Shown here: piece by piece, positions 58,361 to 64,000 of the stretch
Layout: every line of letters starts with the position of its first letter
Numbering within the stretch: position 1 is the first letter of the stretch
Assembly: GCA_039621445.1 (NCBI GenBank)
Contig: CP154954.1
Span: forward strand, 14,364,387 to 14,428,386
Direction of reading: 5' to 3'
DNA from: Euglena gracilis
Taxonomy: Eukaryota
DNA: 64,000 nucleotides
Translations under genes and position numbers: made by a program
The notes under the pieces: model-generated
What the model saw: only the letters and a program-made list of their open reading frames with translations
Database searches by the model: none
Told to the model about the DNA's origin: nothing

Positions 58361-60074
58361 GTGTGATACCGGGGGGTGGGGGGCTTGAACAAAAAATAAT
58401 GTTTTGGGAAGATCTCTGTACGATATTTTGCTAAGGGTTTAAAGGATCCGGCCAGGAAAATTTTAAAACGCTTTTTTTTTTCTTTGGCGCTTCGCGGGAA
58501 TCCTTGGAATGCTCCAAAAGGCCTGTCAGAAGATACATTGATCATCCAAACTGAAAAATGTGTGTTCTTTAGTTTGTTTTCGTCTTTGAAGTTTGGTATT
58601 TCCTCAAGTTTTGAATGCTTGATTTGGGTAATCCTCAGTATTTTTTCACATATGCATTCTGCTGATTTTCCACATTCACACCCAATTTAAGCAGGCTTTC
58701 AGAATTGAATTTTTTCCCAACGGCAATTGTTCCCGGTCAGATCCTCCCCACCATGGTACTTATTTGTCCTACTTGTCCTGGTTTTTAAAAATTAATTTAC
58801 TTCTGTTACCAATGAATACCCTTGAGTACCCTTGCGTATCCTTTCTGCGATAGCCTGTGATTTCTTCTTTTTCTCGGGGTCCGACTTGGTATATGATCCT
58901 GGGGTTGGAAACGTGCCATTCCCCGCTTTTGGTGTATTACTCGTCGCAGAAGGAGAATGAGATTACTTATTTTTGTTCCAGGCAGGAGTGATATTGAGAT
59001 GCTTTCCCCCCTTCCTCCAGGGGTGTTTGACTGACCCTGTCTGATGGTTTCATGCGTGGACCCATGACATGCTGTTCTGTTCTGCAGTCCATGGCAGCAT
59101 AGATCCCCACCCCATCCTATTCTAACAGATCTGGAGGACCCTTCCCCCACATGCAGGCGTCTGCATCGAAACTTATCGCCCTCTGTATGGTTGTGCATGT
59201 TTTTTCATATCCTTTTTGAATAAGAAAATTTCATTTTCTTATCCATTTGGCACGCTTTGTTATTGCGGTGGTCTGGCTGATGGGGTTGAGTGGGCCAGAC
59301 TGTTGCTCAAGGGTTTGCAGTACCCCCATATCAGTGGTACCTACATATGGGGGGGGGGCTGGTTCCAAGAACAGCGAAAAATTTTCTTCCGGCGCTCTCC
59401 GCCGCAAAAAGGCCCCATTTCCCGGGTGGGGGATATGCAACTTGCATAATTTGCAATTTTTTTGCATAATCAATTTTTTTTGAATCTTGCATTTTTTGCA
59501 TTTTTTGCATTTTTTTTGCATAAAATATTTTGCCCAGGAATAATTTTTTTGTAGTTTGTCGCACTATTTTGATACCAAGTTGCGTTCCACGTTGTGCCAT
59601 GAAACGCGACGTGCTGCCGCTTTATTGATGTTCAATGGTGACCTGGAGGATAATTTGCTTGGACTGGACATGCAGGTGCCATTCATGTTCATTTTCAAAG
59701 CTTCAGTGCTTGCTGTTTGGTGAGGTGGTCTTCATTTTTTTGGAACAACATGAGCAAAAATACTCATTAAAATCCTGATTTTCACCTCGGCGCAGCGCCC
59801 CTGGAATTTTTTTTTCCGGTGTGTGGGAACCCTGGACCCCCCCCCCTGCCTGGAGGTGAAAGGAGGGTGGCTCTAGTTATTATAATGGATAGCTAGTGGA
59901 CCCCCTGGTGGTTCCTTAAGCAAAAGCCTGATGACGGGATGGAGTGGTGATGGGATTGAGTGGTTGTGTGTGTGTATGTGTGCGTGCGTGCGTGTGTGCG
60001 TGGGTGTGTGTGTGTGTGTTGCGTGCGTGCGTGCATGCGTGTGTGCGTGCGTGTGTGCGTGTGCGTGTGTGTGC

Positions 60075-60212
<138 letters not shown>

Positions 60213-60239
60213 TGCTCCGCGGCGGATGCCTGTTGCCAG

Positions 60240-63200
60240 AATCAGCTGCAGATGGACCACCACCCTCGCATGGTGTGCGGGCTTTCCTTGTTGTCTTTTT
60301 CTCCCTTTCCATTCTCGCTGTGTGAAATATATTATAATTGTACATCTTATTTTTTTCAATTTGTTTATGGCATAGCCAACACGTCAATAACAAGCCAATA
60401 TTTGCCTTATCGTGACTAGTTTTTTTGAATTGGACATTGGACCCCGGACACAAAAAGAACCTTGCTTGGTAAGCCGCGCCCCATTCTACCCCCGGGGTCC
60501 AGCCAACAAGCACCTTTTTTTAGCCAACAGCTCCCAGCTGAAAATATTTGGGCGCGAACCCAAAAACCAGCCAATCAGTCGCTTCGAAAACCAGTCATCC
60601 CCAAACCCAGGGTGGGGGGGGGGGTTCGAAGCAAATGGTATGGTCAGGGGGACAACTGGGGGAAAAGCACCACAAACCACCATTCTCTCATTATTTTTAA
60701 TTGATGAAGAAGAGATGCAAAATTTGGAGTTTTGGGACATGTGTTTTATGGTTTCTCCAAAAAAAAAACTTGGGGAAACAATTCCTTCCAAAAACAGGTT
60801 TCATTTTTGGCTGGATGCCACAAACCCACCAGGCAAAAAAGGAAGCACATTCAGGAAAATATTAGGGGGAAAGCATATTGTAGGGGGGTGCAGTCAATGG
60901 GAACGGGAATGTGATTCTCTCAGGCCAGTGTCTCAGGTTTGCATCCGCCCTGTGGTGGACGTGTCCTCATCGCCAAATGGAAAACTTGCGGAGCCAGCCA
61001 CAGAACCCCCCCTCCCAGGGGCTTGAAGCGCGGACTGTCTTGCTTCATGGAAATTCAGGGGAGCACTGTCTCACCTCCGGCAGCCAAGTCCGTTTGCTGC
61101 CCTTTGAAATTCAAGTGCACAACACGGTTATATCAATCAGTTTATGTTGCAGTTTTTTTTGTGGAGGTGACTATATTCTAGCTTGTTCAATCTGCCAATT
61201 AACAAACCAAGCCAACTTATAGCTGCTGAGCATTATTGTCTGTAACTCGGAAAACCAATTGCTTCAGAATCCTAATAATCCCCCCCCCCCCTGTGGGTTG
61301 GCAACCATGGGCAACCAAAATCCCTCAAAAGCAACCAATTTTGGCAACAAAATGGGCTGAAATAGCGCTGAAATGTAGTTGAATCCTACCGAAAAAAGTT
61401 CGGCGCTTGAAAAAAATGGCTGTTTTGTTACTTTTTCTGGGTTTTCACCTCAAAATTTTGGCCAAAAAAGTCCAACCAAGCAGGATTTGGGCTGTTCTCA
61501 GGTGGCAGCTGGGTGACCTTGATATTTCCCCCCCCTTTCCTCAGGGGGTTGGACAGGCACCTGAATGAAATGTGAATGTGAATGCGAATGTGAATCCGCT
61601 TCTTATAGCCCCAAAATCTCAGCAACAAGTTAGGTGTGAGCCAATCGGCCCGAAGGGTTGCTTGAATTTGGGGTTGCTTAAATTTGAACAAAATGGTCGA
61701 TTAAAAAAGTGTTGGCCTGCGGGAGGTAACACTCTTCTGGAGGAGAAATGCCTGTTTTGCCGCATCATCGTCTCAAACAGCGAATTGACCAGAATAATGA
61801 ACGACAGTTATGACATTTCCCTCTTCCATGCTTTTTTTTTTCAGCGGATAATTATTTAAAAAAAATTGATAGTTATTTATAATATTTTTTGAATAATTAA
61901 CAGTCAATTTCATTTTTTTGAATTGATAAAAATAAAAAATGTCATCAAAATTCTGAATTTTGGGGGGGGGGCGATTAGTGCCCTGCGTTGTTAGCACCTA
62001 AAGTCAGTTCAAAATGCCACAGCCCATCCCAGGGTCGCCCTCGCCTCGCAGAGGCCACGGCAGCCCCGGCGGACCGCCTCGCCAAGTTCGTGGGGCAGCG
62101 ACTGCCGGCGTGGGCCGTGGCCGCCGCGCAGCGGCTGCCCGCCCGCCCTTTTTGACGGCCGCGGGGCTCCGCCGCCGCCACACCGGCTGGCTGGGGTCGA
62201 GACCGCGGAGTGTGGGCGCCGGGACTTGTGCGGCACGCGCACTCGAGTGGCTGCCGGCAGATTTCATTATAATTCAGAAGACTCCCCCCCCCCAGGGGGG
62301 TTGGGTGTGTGGGTTGGTCTCGGGCCAAGGGGGGGGGGGTCATTTTCCACTCTGAAAAAACCAGTCAGTCACTTTTTCCTAAGAACCAGTCAGTCAGTCA
62401 GGGGAGGCCACTCTTGAATTTGCTTATGTTGGCAAGGCACCATGGTGACACAATGACATTAGAGGTATGTTCTCATGTGTGGCCCAAATTGAGAAAAAGG
62501 AGGCATAATTCTATCAGAAGAATGGTCACACAAATGTCCTCGAGTTTGCCTATTCCTTCATTATGAACATTTGCCAAAAAGTCTCAAAAAATTCCCAAAA
62601 AATTCCGGCGCCTTCGCTCAGCCAGTTTTCATTTTCGGGCCTACCCCACCTCTGGGGCAGGGGTTTTTTAAGCCCCCCCCCCCCCAGCCCCCCCCCAGAG
62701 GGACCCACCCATTTTTCCTCGAAAATGGCCAAAATTGCGAAAAATGCCAAAAATGCCAAAAATAGCACCTTTGTCAAAAATTCGAAAAGTATACTCACTC
62801 CCCTCCAGGGGGCCCTCCAGGGGGGGGGGGGCTCAGCCGGACCCCCCCCCCAGGGGACCTCCCGGGGGGAGGTCCCAGGACGGAGGCCTGGGTGTAGGTT
62901 TTTAACTTTTTTGTGAGAAATGTTTTTAATGGCCCAATTTTTACGGGTCCCCCCGGGTTCCCTTGGGGGACTTTAAAACAGGTTTGGCTGTCGTTCCCTA
63001 ACTGCTGCATTTCTTTTTCTTGGTGTGGGATGTGAGTTTTTGACTTCGTTCAGAGGTGAGTGAGTGGGTTCCAGCCGAACTGCCTGCTGACCTGTCTGTT
63101 TATACCATTAACTTTTTTTTTCTGTATTTGCTTAATTGTTTGGGGGATCATTGGTCACCACAGCTGCAAGGTCTGTTCCTCCCTACCCCTGGCTGGTGAG

Positions 63201-63520
63201 ACACCAGAATTGTTTCAAAAAAGTCAAAATCCAAAAAAAATTTGCCATTTGTCGCTTCAGCAGGAGCGCACCTTTTTCCAGCCTCGGTCCCCCAACGGCG
63301 TGGTTGGGCCCAGACAGGCTCAGGGATGCCTTCTGCTCTCGCAGCATTATGCCCCCCCCCGATGGCACCCTTCCCCAGACCCATTACCCCCCATCGCAGC
63401 ACCGCAATCGTTCCGCTCTAACCCTTGGGCCGCGGCGCAGCGACCGCAGCCGCGGGCCTAGAGGAGCAGCGAGGCCCCTCCTTTCGCCCGCCGCCTGTCG
63501 GAAAGCTTCGCGGGTCCAAT
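60240..63520 (+). CDS. Probable downstream exons of the PH-domain gene (60240-60272, 60924-~61087, ~62033-62210, ~63261-63520)
   Basis: AG-preceded GC-rich islands: ESAADGPPPSH|GQCLRFASALWW... and GRPRLAEATAAPADRLAKFVGQRLPAWAVAAAQRL. Frames and the stop codon are uncertain. Confidence 0.45.
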
Positions 63521-64000
63521 TCCCTGGCCGTTTCAAGGGGTGCAATTACTTGTGCCCCCCCACCCCTGTCTGACCAACCCATGGTGCGTTTACCACAAAT
63601 CATTGGTCATAAGCCAAGAAGAGAGGCGCCTGCTGCGTCTCTGGATTCACCAATATATTTCATTAGAAAGTGTGTGCAGCAAGTATGCTGGTCAAGTGCA
63701 GATGAGACCAACGGTGCAGTCCGTAGTTGGGGCGTCAAAAACAATCCGCTCCAGTGTACCTTTTGCACTCCGTTCGCCCGCAACTTGCTGATTCCCCGCT
63801 TCGTTCTTCATCTGTGGTTGATGCCTCCTTCCCCTCTGTTTTCATTATCTTTTTGGTGGCTACACCCGACACCCACATATTTGGGCAATCTTTGAAAAGA
63901 ACGATCATTGAACGTTTGTAAATCAGTACAATGATGAAGCAAAGCATTTTGAATTTTTTTTGTGGTGCTAATTTTATTTGGGCACATTTTCTTCGGGCCT

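Overview
Eukaryotic, intron-rich nuclear DNA. Short GC-rich exons sit in long repeat-filled introns, and many introns are non-canonical, which points to a euglenid (Euglena-like) genome; this is an inference from intron style. The six-frame ORF track is mostly noise, and the genes only appear after splicing. I can reconstruct four + strand gene models. (1) A long Ala/Leu-rich helical, TPR-like protein gene at about 14.5-35.7 kb. (2) A lower-GC exon chain at 1-12 kb, which may or may not belong to the same gene. (3) A Lys-rich two-RRM-like protein gene at 50545-53911. (4) A PH-domain protein gene starting at 56108. The window also holds a Tc1/IS630-type HTH exon (40260-40505, - strand), a decayed intron-containing hAT-like transposase (about 44.1-45.1 kb), many MITEs, and mini/microsatellites. 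The main finding concerns at least 8 non-GT-AG introns that restore the reading frame exactly. Each has the geometry 3 nt + CAG-inverted repeat ... inverted repeat-CTG + 5 nt, and most are flanked by a recognisable 8-bp direct repeat (one is perfect, TGGGCGGG). Each intron therefore equals an hAT-like element plus exactly one 8-bp target-site duplication. Free CAGG..CCTG MITEs with 8-bp TSDs occur in the same window. A second finding is a tandem duplicate of a multi-exon block (about 5.3-8.7 kb versus 8.8-11.2 kb) in which three sub-blocks are individually inverted in place. All exon boundaries were inferred by eye, without transcript data.
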